Position numbers and translations under genes: made by a program
Virus record (IMG/VR): IMGVR_UViG_3300032332_001516
Location: 1 to 39,183 of that record
DNA length: 39,183 nt
DNA from: a virus
Taxonomy: Duplodnaviria > Caudoviricetes
Reading direction: 5' to 3' (one strand)
The notes under the pieces: model-generated
Seen by the model: the letters and a program-made list of their open reading frames with translations, nothing else
Told to the model about the DNA's origin: nothing
Database searches by the model: none
Part shown: piece by piece, positions 23,975-33,976 of the stretch
Position numbering within the stretch: position 1 is the stretch's first letter
Layout: each line of letters starts with the position of its first letter

Positions 23975-25182
23975 TTTTTTTGATAATTTGCCAGTGTTCC
24001 GGACAACACAGTGTCTTGAGTTATTTCTATACGATTGTATTCAGCTTTGATTGCTTCAATATTAAACATATATGGTTTGAGTAAATTTTCCAAAATACTC
24101 TTGAGTCCCCTGGCACCTGACTTCATGGCCAGAGCCTGTTGAGCGATTTCCTTGACTGCATCGTCCGTAAACACCAGTTCTACATTGTCAATCTTGAAAT
24201 AAAATTGCATCTGTCGAATCAGATTGTTCTTGGTACCAGTAAGTATAGCAGTCATGTCCGCTAATGTCAAGTCTTCTACATGGGTTATTAGTGGAAATCT
24301 TCCGGTAAATTCTGGAATCATACCAAACTTGATAAAGTCCTCATGTTGGAACTGTTTGCGGTCTGTTTCGACAGCAGTAACAGTACCACCAAATCCCATT
24401 TTTGATCCCGGATTCATTCTGCTGTTGATTATTTTATCAACTTCGCCAAATGCACCGGCTGCAATAAACAAGATATTGCGGGTGTCAACTTCCACGCTGT
24501 CGCTCATGACATTTCTGCGATTGCCTCCAATGTTTACCTTGCACTTGGTGCCTTCGACTAGTTTGAGCAGGGCCTGTTGCACACCTTCGCCCGACACATC
24601 ACGCACAAAAGGATTTTCCGATTTACGTGCTATCTTGTCTATTTCATCAATGAAGATAATGCCCTGCTCGCATTTTTCTATGTCGTACTCAGCTTCAGCC
24701 AATAGTCTACTGACTAGACTTTCTACATCTTCGCCAACATAGCCAGCTTCGGTCAGTGTAGTGGCATCGGCAATCACAAATGGCACTTTGAGATACTTGG
24801 CAATCATCCTGGCCATTAGGGTCTTGCCTGAGCCAGTTGGGCCAAATATCAAGATGTTGCTTTTCTCAATATCATTCTTTGGTTTAAAATATATGCGCTT
24901 ATAATGATTTACCACTGCCACGCTGAGTGTTATCTTGGCATCATCCTGCCCGATGATGTGATGATCTAGATATCGTTTTACCTTGACCGGATCCAATATC
25001 CCACCAATGCGCTTTTCTTTTTTTAGTTCTTCGTTTTTCTCTTTGCTGAGTATGCTGCTGCACAGTTCAATGCACTCGTCGCAGATGCCCACATTGTTGG
25101 CAACTATAAGTTTGGCAACATCGGCTTTGTCTTTACTGCAAAAATTGCAGCTGGCCCGGCTCTGTGGTGCTTGTTCAATCAT
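23971..25182 (-). CDS. clpX: ATP-dependent Clp protease ATPase subunit
   Basis: CNFC...CDEC zinc domain, GPTGSGKT, EAGYVGED, IFIDEIDK, DVSGEGVQQALLK, GARGL. Confidence 0.97.
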   Translation of the reverse strand: MIEQAPQSRASCNFCSKDKADVAKLIVANNVGICDECIELCSSILSKEKNEELKKEKRIGGILDPVKVKRYLDHHIIGQDDAKITLSVAVVNHYKRIYFKPKNDIEKSNILIFGPTGSGKTLMARMIAKYLKVPFVIADATTLTEAGYVGEDVESLVSRLLAEAEYDIEKCEQGIIFIDEIDKIARKSENPFVRDVSGEGVQQALLKLVEGTKCKVNIGGNRRNVMSDSVEVDTRNILFIAAGAFGEVDKIINSRMNPGSKMGFGGTVTAVETDRKQFQHEDFIKFGMIPEFTGRFPLITHVEDLTLADMTAILTGTKNNLIRQMQFYFKIDNVELVFTDDAVKEIAQQALAMKSGARGLKSILENLLKPYMFNIEAIKAEYNRIEITQDTVLSGTLANYQKN

Positions 25183-25504
25183 GCTTGATAAAGTATGCCA
25201 GTGGCGACAAATATTTTAAATCGTCCCCAAACCAATTTATTTTGTTGTACTGATCCAGTACCGAATGCAATGGTGCAAGATCGGTGGTACGACTTGATAT
25301 CAAAATAGTATCGACTTGATCTGCTACCTGGGATAACCATGCTGTTGCTTGCATGCCCTCATGATAAAGATACACTGTATAATCTTGTACTGATAATGGC
25401 ATCCAACGTGCCAACAACTCAATTTCAATTTGAGTGGCATTGACGATTAAACAGCCACCACTGGTCGGACCTAGATCAGGTGGGGTTATTACTTGGTTGG
25501 TCAT
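25175..25504 (-). CDS. hypothetical protein
   Basis: 109 aa ORF overlapping both neighbours in operon fashion. Confidence 0.65.
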   Translation of the reverse strand: MTNQVITPPDLGPTSGGCLIVNATQIEIELLARWMPLSVQDYTVYLYHEGMQATAWLSQVADQVDTILISSRTTDLAPLHSVLDQYNKINWFGDDLKYLSPLAYFIKHD

Positions 25505-27230
25505 TCTTTGAAATATACTCTTCGATTTGTTCTTTTTCGCTGGCAGTTAGATTCTCGGGATCGTACGAGCCCATAGACAATTGCTCTATCAAGTATTTAA
25601 TGTATTCTTCATTGTAGCTGTAGGTATCTGTAGTGGACTTTTCTATTTCCATCCAATTGCTACCGTTGTATCTATACAAACGAGGGGGCAGGCGATCAAC
25701 TCTGAGATACAAGTCTCCACGATTGGCAGTTTTAGGAAACTCAATGCCAAACAGGGCATTGATTTCTGTTGCTGGCACTGGATCATTATCTGCTTTGATT
25801 ATATTTTTCTTGTTGGTATTTGCTGCTTCTGGTGGTATGTATGGTGCAGGCTTTTGCTTTTGTTGTGCATACTCTGGTACTACCGGTTTAACTGGTGGTG
25901 CAGATATTGTTGGCATGGTACTTGGGAACTCGTTGCCAATCAATGGCATAGTGTTTGAAAACTCAGCATCAATCATTGGCATGGTAATCATGATTTCGAT
26001 TGGTTTGTCGTCTTCTAACGCCCATCCATCAACCACATCACATGCCTTATTTGGGCAAAACGGACCAATGCCGGGAGCATTAATCAATGGGGTACCGCAC
26101 TTGTAGCAGGGCTCTAATGCGGTGTCACTTGGCTCTGCACGATATACTTGTGGACCTATTGGTTCTATCCCCGGAGGAGTATCACTACCACGTGGGGTAA
26201 ACAAGTAGGGATGATCATTGATGTCAAATTCTTTCGCAGGGAACAGCTCGTCGGTAACAACTGTTTCGCCTGTGGGCAAGTCCGGCTTCGCGACATCTTT
26301 TATTTGTGCAATTTGTTCATCAGTTAGCGGACCATCGTCGGGTTCGTAAAGTGGCGACTGTCCGCCTGGCCATTTAACATATTCGTCATCGTATCCGGGT
26401 ATGGGTGGCCTAGTAGGCCACGGAGTCTTGTAACCATCTTCTGCGACTTCTTCCTCTTTTGCTGCTAGTCGATCTTCACGTGCCCAGCGTAGGCTCTGTT
26501 GTGATGCCAGTATCAAACACAATGCCAGTGGATCAAATACGATAACAATCAGTATAATAACCCAACGCACGGCTCGTTCTAGGATGTTGCTGTCAGGGTT
26601 GTCGCCATAAATTAACGCCGCGATATATTTAATTGGCCCAACCTCTGCTTCGACCTTGCGTACTTCGGCGGCAATAGGCGCACGTTCATTGTTAAGTCCC
26701 GCGATAGACTTCTGCGACTGTAGTATTTCATTTTGAAGGCGAGTACGTTCTTTCTGCTGGGACTTTCGCATAGCCACAGCTTTTTCGGCACCCGTTTCTG
26801 TTGTTGAGCGGCCCAGTACCGAGTCCACTCCCTCATCCATCTGTTTAAGTGCCTTACGGTTTGCTTCAATATTCTCTTTTTCGGTTTTAATTTTTTCATC
26901 ATATATTGCTATCTTAGCTTGTACATCACCACTGACTAAATTTTGATCGTTGTGGGCCTTGCTCAAGAAGCCAAAAATACCCATACTGGTCAGCAGCATG
27001 AGAAATATCACAGCCGGTATAAGATAAGTCTTAAATTTCCAGCTGGCCCTTTGCCAGTTGTTGTGTAGCCAAACAGTGGCCATTACCTTGCCCAGCTCTA
27101 GGCTGGCACCCATGATTATGATTGGGATTACCGCCGCAGAAAAGATAGCAGTCAGTCCTATTATTGAATAATAAGCGGCCACCATGCTCAAAATTAGAGC
27201 GGTGAGTAACATTGTGAATGCAAATGCCAT
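25476..27230 (-). CDS. multi-pass membrane protein with coiled coil, Cys4 insert and C-terminal beta module
   Basis: Three N-terminal hydrophobic helices, a coiled coil, a further TM (WVIILIVIVFDPLAL), CYKC...CPNKAC, and FPKTANRGDLYLRVD...LYRYNGSNW. Confidence 0.7.
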   Translation of the reverse strand: MAFAFTMLLTALILSMVAAYYSIIGLTAIFSAAVIPIIIMGASLELGKVMATVWLHNNWQRASWKFKTYLIPAVIFLMLLTSMGIFGFLSKAHNDQNLVSGDVQAKIAIYDEKIKTEKENIEANRKALKQMDEGVDSVLGRSTTETGAEKAVAMRKSQQKERTRLQNEILQSQKSIAGLNNERAPIAAEVRKVEAEVGPIKYIAALIYGDNPDSNILERAVRWVIILIVIVFDPLALCLILASQQSLRWAREDRLAAKEEEVAEDGYKTPWPTRPPIPGYDDEYVKWPGGQSPLYEPDDGPLTDEQIAQIKDVAKPDLPTGETVVTDELFPAKEFDINDHPYLFTPRGSDTPPGIEPIGPQVYRAEPSDTALEPCYKCGTPLINAPGIGPFCPNKACDVVDGWALEDDKPIEIMITMPMIDAEFSNTMPLIGNEFPSTMPTISAPPVKPVVPEYAQQKQKPAPYIPPEAANTNKKNIIKADNDPVPATEINALFGIEFPKTANRGDLYLRVDRLPPRLYRYNGSNWMEIEKSTTDTYSYNEEYIKYLIEQLSMGSYDPENLTASEKEQIEEYISKNDQPSNNPT

Positions 27231-27291
27231 AGTATATTTACGTAGAGTATTGGATGATTATAGCATAACTATCCAGGATCTGCAAGGACTT

Positions 27292-28923
27292 TTATGGTCC
27301 TGTGTATCCATTATGATAGGGATTGTACAGGTAATTATTTGGACCTCCCTGTAGTGCATATTGATTAGCCCAATCGTTATTGGTCGTGGTAGTGGCAATT
27401 TGATTTTTTATGCCTATAGTTGAGATCCAGTTTTTCGCAGCCACTTGTTTTACAGTTGGATTGTTGCTCATGTAAAGTGCAACAACACCAGCAACCTGTG
27501 GTCCTGCCATGCTGGTACCGCTGATCTTGGTTGAGTGTTCAATGCTGCTGTTGGCCTGTGTTCCATAACGATATGTTAGAATCTGGAATGTGGTTGATCT
27601 ACTGGTAGATGATGTGATATTTGTGCCTGGTGCTGCCACTGCACAAGCAGGACCGCGCTCAGTGTAATAATCAATTTGTTCTTTTAGTGTGCCGTTACTG
27701 ATCACAGTAGTATCTTTCACTGCTGAAACAATAATAGCATTGCCACTGGTGGGACTGGTTCCCCTGTGATAGTATACTGGGCTGCCGGCGGGTATATATC
27801 CGGCCCAAATGGCATTGGTTGTGTAGTAGTTGTTGTAGTCAGGTCCACCAGGAACATCAATTTTGTGCCTGCTATTGCCAGCTGATCGTATCACAATAAT
27901 GCCGGCATTTTCACACATCTGACATGCAACATCTTCACTCGTGACACGGAATCCGTGCATTTCATACACTTGTCCGTAATTGATGTTGCGCCGTTGCGGT
28001 GTGTTGTAATTGCGTACTGAACCGCGATAGTTAGTACTGGCGATTGTAGCCACATTGGGAGCAAACGATTCGTTTGAATAGTACCAAGCATAGCCCCAGC
28101 TCATGTTGAGCACAGTGGGCCGCTTGACACCGGTGTTGGGATCAACAGGTTTACGTTGATGCCAGCCCAATAACAAATCAAAATGCAAGTCGTCCGGCAC
28201 TCGCTCAGTAACGTCCCCAAACACACGCAACGAGTATATACGTGCGCTCTTGGCATAGCCATAAGTCTTACCGGCTGCAATTCCTGCCACATGTGTACCA
28301 TGCTCACCACCACCAAGAGAGTAATCGGTATTGTAGTGATGTATTGGCATCTTACCCGGTACACCGCTGGCCTTGAACCAATCAATGGTCTGTACTCTAC
28401 TGACTCCGGTTGAGTCCATAAATTCGGGATGGTTGGGTTGAACGCCGTCGTCCATGATAACTATATCTACGCCGGCGCCGGCGCGGTCATAATTGTAAGT
28501 GCTGCCAATGACCGACTCCGGTGCAGGGAGACTGGTCCTGCGCAGGCCCCAATTCACATTGTAGGAATCTAGAATGCCATTTCTATTAAAATTTCCTATG
28601 ACATTGTTGTATGCCACTGGACGTTGGATAGCGTTCAACGGCACCAGTGCTTTGGGAATGGCATGCGGAGTCCTGGACGTATATGTAGGTGGTACGTGTA
28701 CTGCGGCCACACGCGGATCTTTGGCCAGCTTGACAGCTTCACTGTCGGTGAGATAGTAGTGTGTCATTACTGGCATACCTTCTCTTGCATTGGCAACACC
28801 AACTGCCCTGGTGGGTACAGTTGATTGATTTACCGCAGTGTTAAAACTGGTATTGACTATTAGATCATCATGTACGCTGTCAATGTCGGCTTCGCTATGC
28901 GCAATAACTATGTATTCTTTCAT
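27292..28923 (-). CDS. S8 subtilisin-like serine protease
   Basis: DIVIMDDG (Asp), HGTHVAGIAAG (His), SAGN, SGTSMAGPQVAG (Ser); N-terminal propeptide-like region, no signal peptide. Confidence 0.92.
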   Translation of the reverse strand: MKEYIVIAHSEADIDSVHDDLIVNTSFNTAVNQSTVPTRAVGVANAREGMPVMTHYYLTDSEAVKLAKDPRVAAVHVPPTYTSRTPHAIPKALVPLNAIQRPVAYNNVIGNFNRNGILDSYNVNWGLRRTSLPAPESVIGSTYNYDRAGAGVDIVIMDDGVQPNHPEFMDSTGVSRVQTIDWFKASGVPGKMPIHHYNTDYSLGGGEHGTHVAGIAAGKTYGYAKSARIYSLRVFGDVTERVPDDLHFDLLLGWHQRKPVDPNTGVKRPTVLNMSWGYAWYYSNESFAPNVATIASTNYRGSVRNYNTPQRRNINYGQVYEMHGFRVTSEDVACQMCENAGIIVIRSAGNSRHKIDVPGGPDYNNYYTTNAIWAGYIPAGSPVYYHRGTSPTSGNAIIVSAVKDTTVISNGTLKEQIDYYTERGPACAVAAPGTNITSSTSRSTTFQILTYRYGTQANSSIEHSTKISGTSMAGPQVAGVVALYMSNNPTVKQVAAKNWISTIGIKNQIATTTTNNDWANQYALQGGPNNYLYNPYHNGYTGP

Positions 28924-28930
28924 GGTATCC

Positions 28931-31900
28931 TTAGAATGTCGATGTGTTTATAGTGAATCTGACCCAAATATCTGTAAGGCCTGTGGTGTAATTGTCAGTA
29001 CATAGATAGGCTGTGTTGGTACCACGATCTATGGCTATATCGCCAGCAACATCTCCTGCTGTACCAAGACTTGAAGCCGGTACTGCCACGCCAAATGCTG
29101 CTGCTCCTCCATTCAATCCGCTGGGTCCTGTGGGTCCGCTGGGCCCACTAGGTCCAGTTGGTCCCGTAGGTCCAGCCAATCCCGAGACACCAGTTGACCC
29201 AAAACTGCCGTAATAGCCAATTGGGCCAGTGACACCAGTTGAGCCTGTTGCTCCGCGCAGACCACTAGCGCCAGTATCACCTCGGCTACCTGTGTAACCA
29301 GCATCACCTTGACTGCCTGCGTAACCTCGACTACCAAAATAACCAGTAAATCCACGCAGTCCACTGGGTCCGGTTGCGCCGTCAACGCCGGTTGGGCCGA
29401 CTACGCCAGTTGGTCCCACATTACCAGTTGGTCCTGTTGCACCTACGCTGCCATTGTTACCCACGCTGCCAGTATAGCCTGCAGGCCCCGTGCTGCCCAC
29501 ACTACCGCCAGTACCAGTTAATCCAGTAGGACCCGGTGTTCCTTGACTGCCAGCATAGCCCACGCTACCGGCATAGCCAATACCAATGCTGCCCACGTAA
29601 CCAACTGATCCACTGTATCCTATGCTGCCAGCTGGACCACTTGGTCCACTTACACCAATTGAACCTGCATAGCCAACTGAGCCTGCATAGCCAGCTGCAC
29701 CAATACCGGTTGGCCCAGTGGGACCAATTGATCCCACGTAACCAACGCTGCCGACATAGCCCACGCTGCCTGCAAAACCGATACTGCCTGCGAAGCCCAC
29801 GCTGCCCGCATATCCTTTAGATCCAAAGTAGCCTTGACTTCCTGTATAACTGATAGACCCTGTGTAACCGACGTCGCCTTGGCTACCCACATATCCTACT
29901 GAGCCAACATAACCTGTTGCTCCAGTTGCACCAATGCCAGTGGGCCCTGTTGGTCCTTGTAGTCCGCTTGGTCCGAGATTACCAGTTGCACCAGTCAATC
30001 CTGTTGGTCCTGTTGCACCTTCGGGGCCTACTAATCCCCTGGGACCTGTTGCGCCGATACCGGTTGGTCCTGTTGGTCCTGTTGGTCCAACTGATCCCCA
30101 ATAGCCTTGACTGCCAGTATATCCGGTTGAGCCATAGTAGCCTTGACTGCCTGCGTAACCGCGACTACCAAAGTAGCCTTGACTTCCTGTGTAACTGATA
30201 GACCCAGTGTAGCCCACAGATCCATAATAGCCAGCTGAGCCCAGGAATCCCTGGCTGCCTGCGTATCCTGTTGAGCCCGAATATCCTTGGCTTCCGGTGT
30301 ATCCTGTTGAGCCAGCATAGCCCACAGATCCATAATAGCCAGCTGAGCCAAGAAATCCCTGACTGCCGGTGTAGCCAGTGTCACCGTAGCTGCCGACATA
30401 TCCTACACTGCCGGTGTAGCCAGTATCACCGTAGCTGCCAGTAAACCCTACGCTACCATCATAACCAGCACTGCCTGTGTAACCTGTGCTGCCAAAATAA
30501 CCAGAACTGCCAAAATAACCAGAACTGCCTGTGTAACCTGTGCTGCCAAAATAACCTTGACTGCCGGTGTAGCCAGCACTACCAAAATAACCAGTGTCAC
30601 CTTGACTGCCTGCGTATCCATATGACCCAGTATAGCCTTGCGCACCTGTTGCACCAATACCGGTTGACCCAGTTGGTCCTTGCGGTCCTTGGATGTATCC
30701 AACGTCATGGAATCCATTGACAATACCGGGCCCAGTACCACCAGTGTAGACCCATAGATGTCCGGTGTCGGCCACAATATAAGTATCACCAATGGTTTGA
30801 CCAGTTGAAGGTAGATCTGCAGAGGTTGCTACACTGCCTTGTATGGTTACGCTGTTTCCGGGAACTCCCGACGGCCCAGTAGCACCTGAGCTGCCAGCGT
30901 AGCCTTGCGGCCCAGTAGCGCCAGTTGCGCCGGTGGCGCCTGTAGCACCCGTTGATCCTGTGTAGCCCTGAACACCTGTTGCACCAGTGGCACCCGTTGA
31001 TCCTGTATACCCTGTACTGCCCCAATAACCGGTACTACCGATAAATCCGGCGCTTCCACTGTAGCCCTGAACACCTGTTGCACCTGTTGCACCAGTGGCA
31101 CCCGTTGATCCTGTATATCCATGTATTCCGGTAGCACCAGCACTTCCTGTGTATCCCCGAACACCTGTTGCGCCAGTGACACCCGTTGATCCTGTGTAGC
31201 CCTGCTCTCCAGTGGCGCCAGTGGGGCCCATGGACCCACTGTATCCACGCACCCCAGTAGCACCGGTAGCACCAGTAGCACCAGTAGCGCCGGCATATCC
31301 TGTTGCGCCAATACTTCCAAAATATCCCTGTGTTCCTGTTGCGCCAACAAGCCCAGTGGCACCCACGCTGCCTGCATAGCCTTGTGGTCCTGTGGCCCCG
31401 ATTGATCCGGCATATCCGCGACTGCCGGCGTATCCTGTTCCTATAGATCCGGTATAGCCAGTTTCTCCAGTTGCACCAATACCACTTGGCCCAGTTGGCC
31501 CGGTTGGCCCTTCCAGTCCCGACGGTCCAGTTGCACCTCGGATACCAGTTGCACCCACTGGTCCAGTAGGACCCTGCACACCAGTAACACCTTGAGTGCC
31601 CTGTATACCAGTTACACCAGTGGGTCCAGTAACACCTTGATTCCCCTGTGGACCAGTGACACCGATACTGCCGGATGGGCCCGCAATACCGCGTGAACCC
31701 GCATACCCAGTACTGCCTTGGCTTCCTGCATAGCCCTGATCACCAGTGGCACCGCGTGGGCCAGTGACCCCAGTAGCACCCAGTCCGGTGGCACCGACTG
31801 GTCCTGTTGCACCATGTGGGCCAGTGGCACCTGTTGCACCTGCGATGCCTGCAGATCCAGTGTAGCCAGCATCACCAGCAACGCCTGTAGCACCAGTGTC

Positions 31901-32782
31901 ACCAGCACTGCCGGTAAAACCTGTAAATCCACGTGGGCCAGTGGGACCGCCTGCTGGTCCTGCAGATCCAACATAGCCTGCTGGTCCGGCAGCACCTGCG
32001 GGCCCAACAATTTGTCCAATATTGACCCACTGAGTGCTGTCCCAGACCCACAACTCATTGTCAATTATGTAGCTGTTACCAACCTCTGGTACACCAAACT
32101 CTACTAGATTGATGTAGGCAGGGTAGGACCCAACAATACGTATGGTGCCAACTGGTACACCAAATATAGTAGTGCCAATTGGTAGATTTATACTGCCGCC
32201 GCTGTTGACGATAGCTGTGTTTCCCACATATAAGGTATTACCGGTGCGCAGTTGATCTACAACTATCTGCCCGCCCGATGCACCTATTGTAGCATCGCCC
32301 ACATTGATAGAGCCCGGGCCCACATATAAACTATGCCATCTATGATCAACATTGCCCAGGTATTGTGCGTTGTCCGCGGCAGGAATAATATCCCCAGCGA
32401 TTTGACTTAGGTTTATGCTGCTGCCAATATTGCCAGTCAGTAGTTCGTTGAGTGCATCTGATGTATAGTATAATTCTGGGTTGAATGCAGTATATTGTTC
32501 AGACGTATCGGGGAATTGCAATGCCCCGCTGGGTTTAAATCTCCAGGTTTCGCCGTTGCCAATGCTGGTACCAGCGGTGACTGTAAGGTCTTTAGAGCTG
32601 CTAATGGTGTTACCATTGAAGTCTAGACTAGAATTGGCCACTGCACCAACTGATACTACCGAGATATTCCCGGTGATTATGTCTGCGAAATTACGGTTGA
32701 TCTTGTCAAACGCGGTTCTCAGCTGGTCGCCAGTGCCGGTGCTTGGCCCTGTGCCTGTGTTTATGACTCGTAGATTACCCAT
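28931..32782 (-). CDS. long collagen-like tail fibre / baseplate-attached fibre
   Basis: N-terminal [15 protein letters not shown] (T4 gp9/gp10-like motif); about 900 aa of G-X-Y (GAT, GPT, GYxGS) with two small globular knots; C-terminal [10 protein letters not shown]...YLC...IWVR. Confidence 0.8.
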   Translation of the reverse strand: MGNLRVINTGTGPSTGTGDQLRTAFDKINRNFADIITGNISVVSVGAVANSSLDFNGNTISSSKDLTVTAGTSIGNGETWRFKPSGALQFPDTSEQYTAFNPELYYTSDALNELLTGNIGSSINLSQIAGDIIPAADNAQYLGNVDHRWHSLYVGPGSINVGDATIGASGGQIVVDQLRTGNTLYVGNTAIVNSGGSINLPIGTTIFGVPVGTIRIVGSYPAYINLVEFGVPEVGNSYIIDNELWVWDSTQWVNIGQIVGPAGAAGPAGYVGSAGPAGGPTGPRGFTGFTGSAGDTGATGVAGDAGYTGSAGIAGATGATGPHGATGPVGATGLGATGVTGPRGATGDQGYAGSQGSTGYAGSRGIAGPSGSIGVTGPQGNQGVTGPTGVTGIQGTQGVTGVQGPTGPVGATGIRGATGPSGLEGPTGPTGPSGIGATGETGYTGSIGTGYAGSRGYAGSIGATGPQGYAGSVGATGLVGATGTQGYFGSIGATGYAGATGATGATGATGVRGYSGSMGPTGATGEQGYTGSTGVTGATGVRGYTGSAGATGIHGYTGSTGATGATGATGVQGYSGSAGFIGSTGYWGSTGYTGSTGATGATGVQGYTGSTGATGATGATGATGPQGYAGSSGATGPSGVPGNSVTIQGSVATSADLPSTGQTIGDTYIVADTGHLWVYTGGTGPGIVNGFHDVGYIQGPQGPTGSTGIGATGAQGYTGSYGYAGSQGDTGYFGSAGYTGSQGYFGSTGYTGSSGYFGSSGYFGSTGYTGSAGYDGSVGFTGSYGDTGYTGSVGYVGSYGDTGYTGSQGFLGSAGYYGSVGYAGSTGYTGSQGYSGSTGYAGSQGFLGSAGYYGSVGYTGSISYTGSQGYFGSRGYAGSQGYYGSTGYTGSQGYWGSVGPTGPTGPTGIGATGPRGLVGPEGATGPTGLTGATGNLGPSGLQGPTGPTGIGATGATGYVGSVGYVGSQGDVGYTGSISYTGSQGYFGSKGYAGSVGFAGSIGFAGSVGYVGSVGYVGSIGPTGPTGIGAAGYAGSVGYAGSIGVSGPSGPAGSIGYSGSVGYVGSIGIGYAGSVGYAGSQGTPGPTGLTGTGGSVGSTGPAGYTGSVGNNGSVGATGPTGNVGPTGVVGPTGVDGATGPSGLRGFTGYFGSRGYAGSQGDAGYTGSRGDTGASGLRGATGSTGVTGPIGYYGSFGSTGVSGLAGPTGPTGPSGPSGPTGPSGLNGGAAAFGVAVPASSLGTAGDVAGDIAIDRGTNTAYLCTDNYTTGLTDIWVRFTINTSTF

Positions 32783-32791
32783 GTTTAAGTG

Positions 32792-32814
32792 TCCTATAAA
32801 CAGTATTTATAGGA
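32792..32814 (-). promoter_or_regulatory. late promoter TATAAATA within an RBS-pairing hairpin
   Basis: TCCTATAAA-TACTG-TTTATAGGA; TATAAATA at 32804-32811; the 3' arm carries SD AGGA. Confidence 0.7.
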
Positions 32815-32839
32815 TATTAAAAATAAGTTTCAGGCTTTG

Positions 32840-33163
32840 TTATACGCTGAAACTGCTACCGCAGCCGCATGTACTTTGTGCGTTGGGATTTTTGATCACA
32901 AATTGACTGCCGCTAAGGTCTTCTCGGTAGTCAACATCTGCGCCCTGCAGGTATTGGCTACTCATGGCGTCTACTAGTACTGCCAGTCCTGCTTGTTCTA
33001 TTACAAAATCGTCTTCATTTTGTACTTCATCTAGGGTAAAACCATAGCTGAATCCACTACAACCACCACCTTGTACAAACACACGCAGGTGTATTGCTGG
33101 ATTGTTTTCCTCTGCCAGTATGTCTTTGATCTTTACTACAGCATTTTCAGTCAGGGTCATCAT
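32840..33163 (-). CDS. erpA: A-type iron-sulfur carrier (ErpA/IscA)
   Basis: [41 protein letters not shown]. Confidence 0.92.
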   Translation of the reverse strand: MMTLTENAVVKIKDILAEENNPAIHLRVFVQGGGCSGFSYGFTLDEVQNEDDFVIEQAGLAVLVDAMSSQYLQGADVDYREDLSGSQFVIKNPNAQSTCGCGSSFSV

Positions 33164-33720
33164 CGTATACCACCATATATTCTGCGGTTAACGTATTCCC
33201 AATTGATAATACGCCACATGCTGTCTAGATATCGTTCTTTGTTGCTCTGGTAGTCTAGGCTCCAGGCATGTTCCCACCAGTCAATCAGCAAGGCAATGTC
33301 TGTTCGTTTTGCATGATTGCGTATGGTTTTGATTTCTCCCGATCGGGACATGTAGATCCAACCAGATCCCTGTATCTTCATGGCTTCTTTTTTGAGTTCG
33401 TCGCGGAATCTATCAAAGCTGGTCCAGCGTCGCTCAATCAAGGCCAGGCTGGTACCATGTGGTTTGTTACCGGATTTGGCAGGTTGTAGCTGTGGGAAGT
33501 ATATATTGTGCAAGAATGCACCGGCTTCGTTGAAGGCCGCGTCGCCTTCCCCGGCATTGTAACGATCTACGTAGCCTTTTGCCAGCTTGCCATAGTGATA
33601 ATTTATTGAGGCCATGCTCAATACTGGTGCTAGCCCCTCCCGTGAATAGGGCAGCTTTTCTAGTACTAGAGGATTGCTGCTTTTATCTTCAATGAGATCA
33701 ATTGCTTGTCGTAATTCCAT
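33160..33720 (-). CDS. Fe/Mn superoxide dismutase family protein
   Basis: [38 protein letters not shown]; all four metal ligands present. Confidence 0.85.
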   Translation of the reverse strand: MELRQAIDLIEDKSSNPLVLEKLPYSREGLAPVLSMASINYHYGKLAKGYVDRYNAGEGDAAFNEAGAFLHNIYFPQLQPAKSGNKPHGTSLALIERRWTSFDRFRDELKKEAMKIQGSGWIYMSRSGEIKTIRNHAKRTDIALLIDWWEHAWSLDYQSNKERYLDSMWRIINWEYVNRRIYGGIR

Positions 33721-33938
33721 TACTTGTTGCGATATACCACTCGACCACGAGTCATGTCATATGGGCTCATCTCTATGTCTACACGGTCTCCCATGAGGAT
33801 CTGGATGTTGTGCTGACGCATTTTACCAGCCAGTGTAGCAATAATTTTGTGCTTGTTCTCTAATTCCACCCTAAACATTGCATTGGGTAATATTTCAAAA
33901 ACCTTACCCGACATGCGTATACTCTCTTCCTTGGCCAA
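33720..33938 (-). CDS. infA: translation initiation factor IF-1
   Basis: (M)[27 protein letters not shown]...GKMR...ILMGDRV...[13 protein letters not shown]; TTG start at 33938 after SD AAGGAG; TAAATA at 33961-33966. Confidence 0.95.
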   Translation of the reverse strand: MAKEESIRMSGKVFEILPNAMFRVELENKHKIIATLAGKMRQHNIQILMGDRVDIEMSPYDMTRGRVVYRNK

Positions 33939-33976
33939 ACGTATATTCTCCTTAAACAACTATTTAGTAGATTATA

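Noticed and set aside
14207-25182. Bacterial chromosome origin of the chaperone and protease genes
   Set aside because: Gene order is non-bacterial, the genes are interleaved with phage fibres and orphans, and T4-like late motifs are present.
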